A DNA stretch of 64,000 bases from an uncultured Acidimicrobiales bacterium (GCA_963793475.1 CAWCAL010000006.1:98610-162609), one strand, 5' to 3'. Positions 39,709 to 52,050 are shown, counted from the stretch's first letter. Program-made: numbers and translations. The notes: generated from the sequence alone by a model not told the origin.

Positions 39709-41973
39709 CGGACACCTCACCCCGCCCCCACGTGGCCGCCGAGATCGCTCTCGTCGGCGTGAATGCGGTCGCCGTCGTCGGCCTCGACCGGCTGTTCGCC
39801 ACGACCGCTCCGTTGCGAACCACGGTGCCGGTGCTGCTCGTCACCCACCTCATCCTGGCCCTCGCCCGCCGTCGCCGGATCAGCGCCGCGGTTGCGGTCC
39901 TCGCCTCGGCGCTCACGACCGTGCTCATCATCACCTGGACGCTCTACGCCACCACGCGGTTCATCGTCCTCCCCACGACGAGCACCGCCGAATCGGCCGC
40001 GACCGACCTCGACGACGCCTGGTTCCTCTTCCAGAACGCGGTGGCGCCGGTCGATTCGCTGAACGGCTACGTGATCGCCGCCGCACTCGGCGCCTGGTTG
40101 ATCGCCGTACTATCCGACTGGGAGGCCTTCCGGTCGCGTTCGCCGATCGAGGCCATGATTCCCGCCCTGGCACTGATCGGCTACAACGGCGTCCTCGGGC
40201 CGCGCACGGGTGACACCGCCGCCATCGTCCACGGCGCAGCGTTCTTCATCGCCGCCGGGCTCTTCGTCATGCTCGAGCGGATCGACCGGTCCGCAGCGGA
40301 CAGCACCTGGCTGCGCGGGCAGGCAAACACGAGGGCTCCGCCACACGATCACGACGGGCGTACTGCTGCTCCTCCCGGTCGTGCTGGTCGGCTCGCTCGC
40401 CGCCCCCCGCCTTCCCGGCGCCACGGCGGCACCGGTGATCGACGTGCGAGGTGGCGGCGACGGCTCCACCCCCCGCAACGCGATCAGCCCCCTGGTCGAC
40501 ATCCAGGCCCGCCTCGTGAACCAGTCCGACGTCGAGCTCTTCCGCGTCACCAGCGGTACGCCGTCCTACTGGCGGCTCATGGCGCTGGATCTGTTCGAGA
40601 ACGATCGCTGGCGCCTCGAGCGCGGCTTCGACGAGGCCGCCGGCGAGCTCCCCCGTCCGAGGACTCGGTCGACACCGCCACGCTCGTCAGCTCCCAGACC
40701 TTCGAGGTCATCTCGTTGGCCGACGACTGGGTGCCGGCTGCGTTCGATCCGATCGCAGCCGACAGCCAGCTGGACCTGCTCTTCGACCCGATCAGTTCGA
40801 CCCTGCTCCTGGCCGACGAGCAGGACGACTTGGCCGGCGCCACCTACGGCATCACCTCGCGGATCTCCCCAACCCGACCGAGCCACGGCCGACGCCGCCT
40901 CCAGCCAGCCCGTCCCGGCGGACATCACCGCCCGGTTCACCCAGCTCCCGTCGGACTTCAGCCCCGAGGTGAGGCGGATCGCCCTCGAGCAAACCGAAGG
41001 AGCCACGACGCCCTACCAGCAGGCGCTGGCCCTCCAGGACTGGCTGCGTACCTTCACCTACGACGTCGACGTGGCCGCCGGGCACAGCTTCGATCGCATC
41101 GAGGATTTCCTCGCCCTGCAGCGTGGCTACTGCGAGCAGTTCGCCACCTCGTTCGGGGCGATGGCCAGGTCGCTCGGCATCCCGGCCCGCGTGGCCGTCG
41201 GGTTCACCACCGGCGATCCGACCGGAACCCCGGCGGAGTACATCGTCCGCGGCCGCCATGCCCACGCCTGGCCCGAGGTGTATCTGGCCGGCGTCGGATG
41301 GACCCACTTCGAGCCGACCCCCGGGCGGGGGAATCCGACGTCGACCGCGGTCAACACGGTCGCGGGAGCGCAGGATCTGAGCCCCGGCGTCGAGGAGCCC
41401 GGCACGACCCCGACGACCGTGCCGACCACGGCAAACCCGGGGACGGGGCAGACCCCTCCGCCGGCGCAACCGTTGGAGGATCAGGGTCCGGTCGATGTCG
41501 ACACCACCGACGCGTCGGGCGGTGGCTGGCTCACGACCGTGCTGATCCTGTTGGGGGGACTCATCACCGCCGGCGCCCTGTACGTCGCATCACTCTGGTG
41601 GATCCGCCGTCACGGACACCGACGACTCCTGAGCGCCGACCCGCCGGTGAGGGTGGCCGAGGCCTGGCAGCGCGCCGACCGCGATCTCCGACTGGCGGGG
41701 ATTCCGTCCCGGCCCACGGAGACACACCTCGAGTTCTCCGATCGTGTCCACGCCAGCTTGGGCGAGGCCGGGGCCGAGCTGACCCTGCTGGCGACGTTGC
41801 ACGTCGAGGCGACCTATGCACCGGCCGATCGTGTCGACCACGACGACGCGGCCGCGGCCGAGACGGCGTCCGCCGGCCTGCGCACCGCTCTGCATCAGCA
41901 GTTCCCGCGGAGCGTTCGCCTGCGGAGTTGGGTCGACCCCCGACTGCCGGGTCCACCGCCGCCGACCCACTGA
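39705..41973 (+). CDS. Membrane transglutaminase-like protein (DUF3488 + transglutaminase domain; frameshifted)
   Basis: Multiple TM segments, YWRLMALD, GYCEQFATS, LGIPARVAVGF, HAHAWPEVY, GWTHFEPTP. Confidence 0.93.
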
Positions 41974-42004
41974 CGTTCTCCTGCACCGAACGTCCGGGAG
42001 CTCG

Positions 42005-42104
42005 AGCTTCCCCAACCCGGGACCTAGCTTCCCCGACACTGTGCTCTTCCCCAACACTCAGCGCTCTTCCCCAAGACTCAGCGCTCCGACGGAAGCGGGG
42101 GAAG
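42005..42104. repeat. Short imperfect tandem repeat (4 x CTTCCCC, 18-21 bp period) followed by a complementary GGGGGAAG
   Basis: CTTCCCC at 42007, 42028, 42046 and 42066; the last two units are TCTTCCCCAA(C/G)ACTCAGCGC. Confidence 0.65.
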
Positions 42105-42108
42105 ATCG

Positions 42109-42483
42109 CTACTGGGTCTCGTCGCCCTCGGGCGGGGCGTCGCGTCGGGCCGAACCCAGATAGCCCCGGAGGTTGCCGCCCTTGAGGGTCTTGGCCATGT
42201 CTTCCATGCCGGCCCGACCGACGACACGGGCGTTGCGCACGATGACCAACGCGGCCACGAACATCACGACGACACCGAAGAAGGCGGCCACGACGTTTAC
42301 CGACAGCAGAAGCACGAGGAGCACAGCGCCGAACAGGAAGCCGGCGGTCGCCCACAGAATGTTCCGACGGGCGTACGAGTAGAGCGTGGTGGAGCCGAGC
42401 TCCTTGACCAGTTCGGGGTCGGACTCGTTCAGCGACTGAGCGATGTCACTGAAGATGCGCTGTTCGTCTTCACTCAGCGGCAC
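42109..42483 (-). CDS. DUF3040 domain membrane protein
   Basis: MPLSEDEQRIFSDIAQSLNESDPEL followed by two TM segments. Confidence 0.9.
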   Translation of the reverse strand: MPLSEDEQRIFSDIAQSLNESDPELVKELGSTTLYSYARRNILWATAGFLFGAVLLVLLLSVNVVAAFFGVVVMFVAALVIVRNARVVGRAGMEDMAKTLKGGNLRGYLGSARRDAPPEGDETQ

Positions 42484-42675
42484 GGGTTCTCCCCCTTCCG
42501 TCGTCGTCCACGTTCCTGGTCCGTCTCCGGACAGTCTCGCACACCACTCCACCGTGGACAACGCACGCCTGGCGCACATCGCATCGGTGGGGATGTGGGG
42601 ACGATCCGGGGATCTCTCCGGCTGCATGATACAGGCCCCGTCCGGGGATCGGACGGGCGGTCGGAAATCTCATGG

Positions 42676-43191
42676 TCACAACCGGGTGACCACGAGCGAG
42701 CGGAGGTCGACACCATCCACGCGGTACCGGAAGGTCCGCCCTCCCGACCACCGCTGGTGAAGGAACTCGACCAACGGCTCCGACACCCACCGTGGGCTGC
42801 TCTCCAACCGTTGCTCGAGCAGCGCACCCCGGCAGTACTCGGCGCACACGACGATGCCATCGGGATCGCAGACCTGGAGGTCACCGACGTAGTCGGCCGC
42901 CCGGTAAGCCTCGACCCGGAGGTTCCATTCCAGGTCCGGTGCGGTCGCCTCGATCTCGTACACCGGACCCACCCAGCGCCGGACGGTGATGCCGGTCTCC
43001 TCGTTGACCTCGCGTGTCAGACCACCGAGCATCGTCTCGCCGGGATCGATCACGCCCCCGGGCGGGCTCCAATCGACATGGTCGCCGCCGCCGACGGTTC
43101 TCGACCATGAGCACGCCGCCCGGCGATTCGACGATCGCACCGCCCACCTGCCAGTCGCGCACCGAGGGGTCCTCATGCCGCCACCCGTCAT
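42676..43191 (-). CDS. NUDIX hydrolase (frameshifted)
   Basis: Nudix box WSPPGGVIDPGETMLGGLTREVNEETG; the N-terminal WQVGGAIVES..VLMVENRR lies in another frame. Confidence 0.9.
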   Translation of the reverse strand: MTGGGMRTPRCATGRWAVRSSNRRAACSWSRTVGGGDHVDWSPPGGVIDPGETMLGGLTREVNEETGITVRRWVGPVYEIEATAPDLEWNLRVEAYRAADYVGDLQVCDPDGIVVCAEYCRGALLEQRLESSPRWVSEPLVEFLHQRWSGGRTFRYRVDGVDLRSLVVTRL

Positions 43192-44693
43192 GCGTGGGCC
43201 GCCGAGCGCATCCAGATGGCTCGTTCCTGACCAGCGGATCGCGCCGCATGCGACTGCGGGCGTCGAAGACCATGACCGGCCGCTCGACCGCATCGTGGCG
43301 AGCCCACGGCACGACGCCCTCGCCGTCGTCGACATCCGGTGGCTCGCCGCGGGCGAAGCGAACCCACGCATCCGCCATGCCTCGGGCGAGCGATGCCGGG
43401 GGGTGTCTCGCCCACGAGCATGGCCACGCCGGGCTGACCGAGGTTGTCGAACACGAAAGGGATCTCCAGCGTGTGACAGGACCCGAGTCGCCCGCCCCAC
43501 GCGTCGCTGGCCCATTGGAACAGATAGGTGAACACGTCGGCGTGAGCCGACTGCCGGTCGGCCAGCTCGCAGGCCGGAACGCGGAACTCGGTGTCGGTCA
43601 TCGCCGCGCCGACGACGTCGGCGAGTGGAGCGTCCCGGCCCAGCCGCCTGCGGTAGGCGGCCAGCACGTCGGCGGGGTCGGCCGACGCCCCGTGTCGATC
43701 GATGGAGCGACCCACGAGCGCCGCTCCAGACTCCGAGGGCTCGGCCGAGGCGACCGCGCGGGTCGAACGTGGTGAAGAGCCGCATCTCGTCGCGAGTCGT
43801 GCCGATGATGACGGGGACGCCCGCCGCTGATCCGCCCGCCAAGGGCGCTCAGCGGGTCGGCAGGGGAATCTGGGCACCGTCGGCCGTGGGCATGAACGGG
43901 AGCGGTCCGGGGATCTCGGGAGCGATGGCGACCTGAGCCGCCACGACCTCCTCGGCGGTGCAGGTACGCGAGCCGGTCGGCTCCGCCCAGCGGGCGACCA
44001 TGCGCTCGGCGACCTCGGCCGACCGCTCGCGCGATCGGGTGTGCGGCGAGCGCTCCGCTCTGCATGACGACACGGTGGAACAGGCCCGAGGACCAGGGCA
44101 TGACCAGGTGGAGCGCCGTGCTCATGGCACCGGCGGACTCACCGAAGACGGTGACCCGGTCGTGGATCCCCTCCGAAACCCCCGATGTTGTCCCTGACCC
44201 AGCGAAGGGCGGCCTGCTGATCGAGCAAGCCGACATTGGCGGCGTCCGGCCATCGGTCGGGCGCGACCGGCGGCAAGGTCGAGGAATCCGAGGGCACCGA
44301 GCCGGTAGTTGACGGTGACGACGACGACACCGCGTTGGGCCAGGCGTGTGCCGGAGTACCACGGGGTCGCTCCCGTTCCCCCGGTGAAGCTTCCGCCGTG
44401 CAGCCAGACCATGACCGGGAGCGAGTCGTGCAGGGAGGGAGTCCAGACGTTGAGCGCCAGGCAGTCCTCGCTCTGGGCTGCTCCCGCCTGGATCCCGAGC
44501 GGGGAGGGAGGTTGCGGCGCGGCCGGCGCCCAGGACGCCGTCTCACGTACGTCGGCCAGGGGAGCGGGCGGTACCGGCGCACGCCATCGGCCCCCCCACC
44601 GGTCGGGCCCGGCAACGGCACGCCGCGGAAGACCTGCACCGCACCCCGATCGAGGCCACTGACCGATCCGCTTGCGGTCTCGACCGGGTGCAC
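43188..44693 (-). CDS. Type-B carboxylesterase (multiple frameshifts)
   Basis: [46 protein letters not shown] and [10 protein letters not shown] spread over several frames. Confidence 0.9.
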
Positions 44694-44706
44694 GGAGAGC
44701 GTGCCG

Positions 44707-45607
44707 CTACTTCACGAACCGGATGTTGACCGGGTACCGGTACCACTCACCGCGGTTGGCCGCCATCGACGCCATGATGTGGAGCATGAGGGCCCCGATC
44801 GCAATGACCGGCAACAGGAAGATCCCGATGACGACGATGATCAGCACGCCGGAGACGATGTACGCGATCAGGACCGTCAGCGAGAAGTTGAGCGCCTCGA
44901 CGGCGTGATGGCGCACGTACGCCGACTGCTTTGCCCTGACCGTTCATGATGACCAGTGGCCCGATGAAGCCCAGCCCGCACGCGACGAACGGAGATCAGC
45001 AGGGCAGACAGGTGGGCCCACATGGCCGTGGAATTGTCCCCGGCGGGATCGCCGCACCGGCGACGGCGTGTTCGGTCCACTGCTGACCGTCCCAGTAGCG
45101 CTGGCCGCCGGGGGCGGGATACCACCCCGGTGCCGCGGCGGCTGCGGCGCCGGAGGCCGCGGCCCCCATGCCGGGCGGAACAGCGCCTTGCGTCGTCCCC
45201 GGTGGCGTCATGCCGGGCTGCGGCGCTCCGGGCTGCATGGGCGCGGCCGGTGGCGGGGTCATGCCGGGCTGGGCAGTCCCGGCTGGCGGCGAAGCGGCCG
45301 GCGGTGGTGATCCGGGCTGGGGTGGCGGGGCCGATGGCGGCGTCATTCCCGGCGACGGCGCGTCCGCATCCGAAGGTGGTGCCACGGCGGGCTCGATCGG
45401 CAGCACGGGAGGCTCGCCTTCCACTGCGGCATCCGCGCCGTATCCCGGAGGGCTGGGCGGAGGCGGAATCTCGATCTCGGTCGTCTCGTCGGCCGAAGAT
45501 TCGGGAGCGGGGACGTCGGCCGGCGGAAGGTCACCCAGAGGCGGCAGATCGGGCTCGGCGTCGCCGTCGGGCAACTCGCTGTCGTTCGACTCTGGGCGGT
45601 CGGTCAT
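44707..45607 (-). CDS. Pro-rich protein with DUF2510 and DUF4870 domains (frameshifted)
   Basis: Pro-rich N-terminus, PGWYPAPGGQRYWDGQQWTEH, AMWAHLS, RHHAVEALNF...GEWYRYPVNIRFVK. Confidence 0.85.
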
Positions 45608-46354
45608 GGGGAACTCCCTGGCTGGTCGTTGAACGGGGGCCGACCGAGCACGATCGCGGATGCCCCAGAGGGTCACCAAACGAATCGGCCTCGATGACGA
45701 TACGCAGGGACATCTTGGACGAGCCGTGCAGCCGGTCGGTGAAGGTGATGGGGACCTCGACGACGCTGCCGCCGGCCCGCAGGATGCGGTAGGCCATCTC
45801 GATCTGGAAGCCGTAGCCGTCGGCATGCACCGTGTCGAGATCGATCGCCCGCAGGGCATCGGCCCGGTACATCCGATACCCGGCGGTGGCGTCGCGCAGT
45901 CCCAGCCGGAGCATACGATCGGCGTAGAGGTTGCCGGCCTTCGACAGCAGCCGCCGCTCCCAGGGCCAGCCCGGAATCCGGCCGCCGGGCACGTACGCGG
46001 GATCCGATCACCAGGTCGGCGCCCGGCTTCGAGCGCTTCGCTGAACAGCGGTAGGGCGGTCGGATCGTGCGACAGGTCGGAGTCCATCTCGACCATGGCG
46101 TCGTAGCCGGCCTCGATGCCTCGGCGGAACCCGAGCCGATAGGCGGATCCCAGGCCGAGCTTGCCCGAGCGGCGCACGACGTCGATCTGTCCGAGCTCGT
46201 CGGCCACCGCCTCGGCCAGGTCGGCCGTGCCGTCGGGGCTTCCGTCGTCGATGACGAGGATGTCCATCTCGGGCTCGACCTTGCGGACCGACTCGAGCAT
46301 CTGCTCGATGTTCTCTGCTTCCTGGTACGTCGGCAGCACGACGAGGGTCCGCAC
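45604..46354 (-). CDS. Polyprenol monophosphomannose synthase (Ppm1/Dpm1-like GT2; frameshifted)
   Basis: VVLPTYQEAENI, IDDGSPDGTA, KLGLGSAY, EMDSDLSHDP, DATAGYR, GYGFQIEM, EVPITFTDR. The 3' end is approximate. Confidence 0.92.
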
Positions 46355-46431
46355 GGCAGATCGTATCCGCGCCGAGCGCGCAGCGGAGTCGACAGTTGGT
46401 CCCACCCGCCGGGGCCCGTACGATCCCCCGG

Positions 46432-46741
46432 GTGGCAGTCAACGGCGACCACCCCTCCCCCGGACAGCCGGCCACCAGCCCGATCAGCTCGCTCCCGTCG
46501 ACCGGGGCCCGGCTGTTCGCATTCTCCGGCATCCTCATCGCCGGTATGTGCGGCGGGCTGATCGGCTACGCCTTCGTCGACCTGCAGTGCGAGGGCGATT
46601 GCACGCGTGCAAGCCGGCATCGGGGGCTTGCTCGGTGCGCTGATGTTCGCGGCGGGAACCGGCGTGGTGGCCGTCCTGGCCCTGCGGGCGATGAACGAGT
46701 GGGACACCATCAAGGAGCGCGACCAGGACACGCTGCCGTGA
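46432..46741 (+). CDS. Small membrane protein, hypothetical (frameshifted)
   Basis: LPSTGARLFAFSGILIAGMCGGLIGYAFVDLQCEGDC, then GVVAVLALRAMNEW. TACGAT lies 7 nt before the GTG. Confidence 0.75.
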
Positions 46742-47565
46742 CCGCGGGCGAGCGCCGCGCTGCTCGGCACGCTGCTGGCCGGTCGCCACCGACGCAGCCC
46801 GGCGGACCGGGGTGCGTCCTTCTCGACGCGGTCGACGGGCAGCGTACGGTCGATCGCAAGTCCACCAGCACCGACCTGGTCACCGAGATGGACCGGGCGG
46901 CGGAGCGCCTCATCGTCGGACGCGATCCTCGACGCTCGACCCGACGACGGCGCTCCTGGGCGAGGAGGGGTCCGACCGAACCGGGCACCACGGGAGTCCG
47001 GTGGATCATCGACCCGGTCGACGGCACGACCAACTACGTCTACGGCCATCCGGGCTGGGGCGTCTCGATCGGGGCCGAGCTCGACGGTGAGCCGGTGGCC
47101 GGGGTGGTGGCGGACCCGGTCCACGGCGACCTCTACACCGCCGTCGAGGGTGGCGGCGCCTTCTGCAACGAGCTCGCCGATCCGGGTCTCGACGTGCACC
47201 GACCTCCGATCAGGCCCTGGCTCGCGACCGGGTTCGGCTACGCGGCCGATCGACGCCGACGAACCAGGCCCGCACGCTGGTCGAGATCCTGCCCGAGCGT
47301 CGCGCGACATCCGCCGGATGGGAGCCGCAGCCGTCGATCTCTGCTCGGTGGCCCGCGGCCGGCGTCGACGGGTACTTCGAAGCCGGCCTCTCGGCCTGGG
47401 ATCTGGCGGCCGGCTCGGTCATCGCCGGCGAAGCCGGCGCCACGGTGCGATCGCTGGACGGCGAGGCTGCCCCGCACCGGTTCGGTCATGGCGGCGCCAC
47501 CGGCGCTGGTCGAACCGCTGCTGGCACTGCTCGACCGGTCCGGCGCCGCCGCGATCGGGGTCTGA
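46738..47565 (+). CDS. Inositol monophosphatase family protein (frameshifted)
   Basis: KSTSTDLVTEMD, LGEEG, WIIDPVDGTTNY, IRRMGAAAVDLC, WDLAAG. Confidence 0.92.
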   Translation: MTAGERRAARHAAGRSPPTQPGGPGCVLLDAVDGQRTVDRKSTSTDLVTEMDRAAERLIVGRDPRRSTRRRRSWARRGPTEPGTTGVRWIIDPVDGTTNYVYGHPGWGVSIGAELDGEPVAGVVADPVHGDLYTAVEGGGAFCNELADPGLDVHRPPIRPWLATGFGYAADRRRRTRPARWSRSCPSVARHPPDGSRSRRSLLGGPRPASTGTSKPASRPGIWRPARSSPAKPAPRCDRWTARLPRTGSVMAAPPALVEPLLALLDRSGAAAIGV

Positions 47566-47649
47566 GGAGCGACTCGCGCAGTCCGGCGCCACCGGCGCCG
47601 ATGCAAGAAATCCGCGCCATGCACTGCATACGCGCTCGCATGAGGCACC

Positions 47650-48340
47650 ATGGCCGATGTGGGAACGCGCATTCTGACGGTTGAAGACGACGAACGCATC
47701 CGCACCGCGGTCAAACTCGCCCTCGAAGACGAGGGCTGGAACGTCACCGAGGCCGACTCCGGCGAGGACGCCCTCGAGGCGTTCGACGTGAACCCACCGA
47801 CGTCGTCCTCATCGACATCATGCTGCCCGGCATCGACGGCTTCGAGGTCTGCCGCTCGATCCGCCGGACCAGCGACGTGCCCATCGTCATGGTCACGGCG
47901 CGGGCCGACACCCACGACGTGGTGGCCGGCCTCGAGGCCGGCGCCGACGACTACCTCACCAAACCCTTCGCCCCCAAGGAGCTCTCGGCCCGGATCCGGG
48001 CCCTGCTCCGCCGGGCCCGCTCCACCGACCCCGTCGATCACCCACCTGCGCTTCGGCGAGCTCGAGGTCGTGCCGGACGAAGGGCGTCGTCAAGAAGAAC
48101 GACGAGCCGGTCCACCTCACCAAGACCGAGTTCCGCCTGCTGGTCGAACTGGCGGCCAGCCCGGGCCGGGTCTTCAGCCGGGAGGTCCTGCTGGAGCGGG
48201 TCTGGGGCTACGGATACTTCGGCGACGGTCGCCTGGTCGACGTCCACATCCGTCGGCTTCGCACCAAGATCGAGGATGACCCGGCCAACCCGCGCCACGT
48301 CGTGACCGTCCGCGGCCTGGGGTACAAGCTCCAGCAGTAA
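47650..48340 (+). CDS. OmpR/PhoB family response regulator (MtrA/AfsQ1-like; frameshifted)
   Basis: ILTVEDD, DIMLPGIDG, GADDYLTKPF, LTKTEFRLL, GDGRLVDVHIRRLRTKIE, TVRGLGYK. An alternative start is GTG 47659. Confidence 0.95.
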
Positions 48341-49830
48341 TGGCTGGAACCTGATGACTCCCCCGGGTGGGTCGACAGCGCGCACCTGGATCGGGCCCGC
48401 CGACTCGGGCTCCGCTCGCGTATCACCATCGCCTTCGCACTCGGCGGCCTGCTCGCTCGTCCATCATCGTCGGTGGAGTCACGTGGACACTCACGCGCGA
48501 GAGCCAGCTCAGCGAACGCATCACGGCGGCCGAGAACCGCGTGCGTCCGCAACGCCATCCAGGTCCAGAACGGGCTGCCCGAGGACCTGTCCGTCGGCGT
48601 CGACGATCTCCTCAACGGCCTGCCCAAACCCCAGGGTGGCATTCCGATCCTGTTGGCCGACGGTCGCGCCTTCACCACCGACGCGATCGAGGTGGGCGAC
48701 CCGATCGAGACCCTGCCCGCCGAGCTCCAGGACTCGGTCGCAGGCGGGATCGCGGCCCGTATGGTCCACAAGACCGGCGACGGCGACACGGTGCTGTCGG
48801 TCGGCGTACCGCTGGAGCTGGGTGCTGGTCAGTACTACGAGCGCGTGCCCCTCGACGAGCTCAACAGACAATCTCCGGCTCCTGGCCATCTCGCTCACCG
48901 GCGCCGGCATCATCACCACCCTGTCCGGTGCCGCGATCGGTGCGTGGGCCAGCCGCCGGACCCTCCGGCCGTTGGCCGACGTCAGCGAGGCCGCCAGGGC
49001 CATCGCCGAAGGCCAGATGGAAACCCGCCTGGACGACACGTCCGATGCCGACCTCGAACTGCTGGTCGTCTCGTTCAATCAGATGGCCAGCGCCCTCCAG
49101 GAACGGATCGAGCGCGACGCCCGGTTCGCGTCCGAGGTCTCCCACGAGCTGCGCTCGCCGCGTCATGACCCTGACCGCGTCGCTCGAGGTCCTCAAGAAC
49201 AGCGAGGACGAGTTCCCCGAGCGGGCCCGCACCGCACTCACGCTGCTCACCGCCGACCTCGACCGTTTCCAGCAGCTGGTCGAGGACCTCCTGGAGATCT
49301 CGCGCTTCGACGCCGGCGCCGCCCACCTCAGCCTTCAGCCCGTCTTCCTCACCGAGGTCGTCCGAGCCGCCGTCGGCGTGTCCAGCGATCATCCGGTCGA
49401 GATCGAGGTCGACGAGTCGGTCGAGGAGCTCATCATCGATGTCGACAAGCGACGCCTCGTGCAGGTGATGGCCAACCTGATCAGCAACGCCGAGAAGTAC
49501 GCCGACGGGGCGTCGCGCGTCCACCTGGGCCGCGATGACGATTACGCATACATCGTGGTGGAGGATGACGGGCCGGGGATCGGCGACGACGAGCGGGACC
49601 GGATCTTCGACCGCTTCTCCCGCGGGACCGAGGGCGGCAACCGGGGGGCCGACACCGGCGTGGGCCTGGGCCTGTCGCTGGTGGCCGAACACGTGGCGCT
49701 TCACGGCGGGAGCGTGTGGGCCGAACCCAAGCCGAGCGGCGAGCAGGGTGGTCGTTTCGTCGTCGCGCTCCCGCTCCCCCATCCGGACGAGATGGCCCAT
49801 CACGAACAGCACGACGAGGTGATGGCATGA
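48340..49830 (+). CDS. HAMP-domain sensor histidine kinase (frameshifted)
   Basis: FASEVSHELRSP, LLEISRFD, NLISNAEKY, VEDDGPGI, IFDRFSRG, GVGLGLSLV. Confidence 0.95.
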
Positions 49831-50474
49831 GACGGACCGCAGCCCTGCTGCTCATCGGCGTGTTGATCTCGTGCGGGGTCGCCACCGACGATCGTGCCGT
49901 TCCCATCGACCTGGGTGACCAACCCCCCGGACTCGTGCCGACCTCGACGTCGACCACGCTGCCGGCCCCCGACTCCGAGACCGTCGCCGTCTACTTCTTC
50001 GACCCCGAGCCCGAATCCGAGCGGCTGGTCGCCCGTGGCCGGCAGGTTCCGCCCGAGGTCACCGTGCGCAGCGTCGTCGACGCCCTCCTGGCCGGAACGA
50101 CCGAGGCGGAGAAGGAGATGGGACTCCGCACCGAGATCCCCGAGGGGACCGAGCTGCTCGGCTACGAGCGGCGCGTGCTCGAAGACGTCATGGTGCTCAA
50201 CTTCAACGAGGCCTTCGTCGAGCTCGAGGGCGACGCCCAGAGTCGGGCGTTCGCCGAGATCGTCTACACCGTCGACGATTTCCGGCCCGGCGCCCGGATC
50301 GAGTTCCGGATCGCGGGCGAACCCCGCGGCGCTCTCACCGACACCGGCGAGCCGGCATCCCGGTGTGTGACCGTCGACGACTATCCCACCCTGCACCCCG
50401 ACTACGACCCCGAGAACCCTCCCGAGCCGGTCGATCCGCCGGCCGACTGCGACATCGAGACCGTCGAAGGCTGA
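49827..50474 (+). CDS. GerMN-domain lipoprotein
   Basis: Lipobox VLISC, VAVYFF, LLAGTT...GLRTEIP, AFAEIVYTV; the ATG overlaps the kinase stop. Confidence 0.85.
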   Translation: MRRTAALLLIGVLISCGVATDDRAVPIDLGDQPPGLVPTSTSTTLPAPDSETVAVYFFDPEPESERLVARGRQVPPEVTVRSVVDALLAGTTEAEKEMGLRTEIPEGTELLGYERRVLEDVMVLNFNEAFVELEGDAQSRAFAEIVYTVDDFRPGARIEFRIAGEPRGALTDTGEPASRCVTVDDYPTLHPDYDPENPPEPVDPPADCDIETVEG

Positions 50475-50535
50475 CGGTACCCATCCCACGAGTTCGACCA
50501 CGGCCGGGGTCGGTGGGCGTCACTAGGGTTGCGGA

Positions 50536-52050
50536 ATGGCCGTCGTGATTTCCATCGATGCCGGCACCACCGGAGTCCGCTCGTTCGCGATCGACGAGCA
50601 GGGCCGAACCGCCGGCATGTCCTACCGCGAGTTCACCCAACACTTCCCGCAGCCCGGTTGGGTCGAACACGACCCCACCGAGATCTGGGAGGCGGTCCTC
50701 GCCACCCTGGCCGAGCTCTGCTCGAGCCTCGACCAGCCGGTGGCCGCCCTGGGCATCACCGACCAACGGGAGACCGTCGTCGTCTGGGACCGCCGCACGG
50801 GCCGACCCCGCCACCGCGCCATCGTCTGGCAGGACCGCCGCACCGCCCAGCGCTGCGATCAACTGCGCGAGGCCGGCCACCTCGACCTGGTCCGCTCGAC
50901 CTCCGGGCTCGGTCCTCGACCCCTACTTCTCGGCCAGCAAGCTCGAATGGCTCCTGACCGAGGGCGGGGTCACCGCCGATGACGACCTGGCCTTCGGCAC
51001 CATCGACTCCTGGCTGGTCTGGAACCTTACGGGTGGCGCGGTGCACGCCACCGATCCGTCCAACGCCAGCCGGACGATGCTGTACGACATCACGACACTC
51101 GCCTGGTCCGATGAGCTGTGTGACCTCTTCGGCGTACCGACGCGGTGTCTCCCCGAGGTCTTGCCCTCGTCCGGCCGCTTCGGTGTGACCACCGACGACA
51201 TCCCGTGTGGCGGCGGGGTCCCGATCGCCGGGATCGCCGGCGACCAGCAGGCGGCGCTCTTCGGTCAGGCCTGCTTCTCGCCCGGCATGACCAAGAACAC
51301 CTACGGCACCGGTTCGTTCGTGCTGATGAACATCGGCGACGACGTGCCCGCCGCCGGTCGAGGGCCTGCTCACGACCGTGGCCTGGACCATCCCCGACGC
51401 CATCGCCGCCGGGACGCCCGGCACCGCCTACGCCCTGGAGGGGGCCGTCTTCATCACCGGCGCGGCCATCCAGTGGCTCCGCGACGGGCTGGGCATCATC
51501 GACGACGCCGCCGAGATCGGCCCGCTGGCCCAGCGTTGCGACGACACCGACGGGGTCTACCTCGTCCCGGCCTTCACCGGACTGGGGAGCCCGTGGTGGG
51601 ACCCGTATGCCCGCGGCACCATCGTCGGGCATCACCCGCGGCACCGGCCGGGCCCAACTGGCCCGAGCCGTCGTCGAGTCGATGGCCTACCAGGTACGGG
51701 ACGTGATCGACGCGATGAGCGCCGCATCCGGCCGCGTGGTCACCGAACTGCGGGTCGACGGTGGGGCGTCGGTCATGGACCTGCTCCTCCAGTTCCAGGC
51801 CGACCAGATCGGCGTTGCGGTGACCCGGCCCAGCATCCAGGAAACCACGGCCCTCGGAGCCGCGTACCTCGCCGGCCTGGCCGAGGGGGTCTGGTCCAGC
51901 ACCGATGAGGTCGCTGCGAACTGGGCCGTCGACGCCTCGCGTTCCGGGCCGACGCCGACCGCTCCGACGCCGACGCCGCGTCACGAGCGCTGGCTGGACG
52001 CCGTGCGAGCCCGGCAGCCGTCGGCATGGGCGCCTGGCGTCGACCGATGA
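50536..52050 (+). CDS. glpK: Glycerol kinase (frameshifted)
   Basis: [76 protein letters not shown]. Confidence 0.95.

Noticed and set aside
37520-42483. MoxR-DUF58-transglutaminase-DUF3040 module as a new system
   Set aside because: This is a widespread, already described arrangement often found near the dcw cluster in Actinobacteria.
44996-46405. Ppm1-like glycosyltransferase fused to a Pro-rich DUF2510 protein
   Set aside because: The ORF drifts out of and back into frame through indels; two adjacent genes is the simpler explanation.
46396-47565. Membrane protein fused to inositol monophosphatase
   Set aside because: A GTGA stop/start overlap at 46738-46741 is visible once the frameshifts are corrected.
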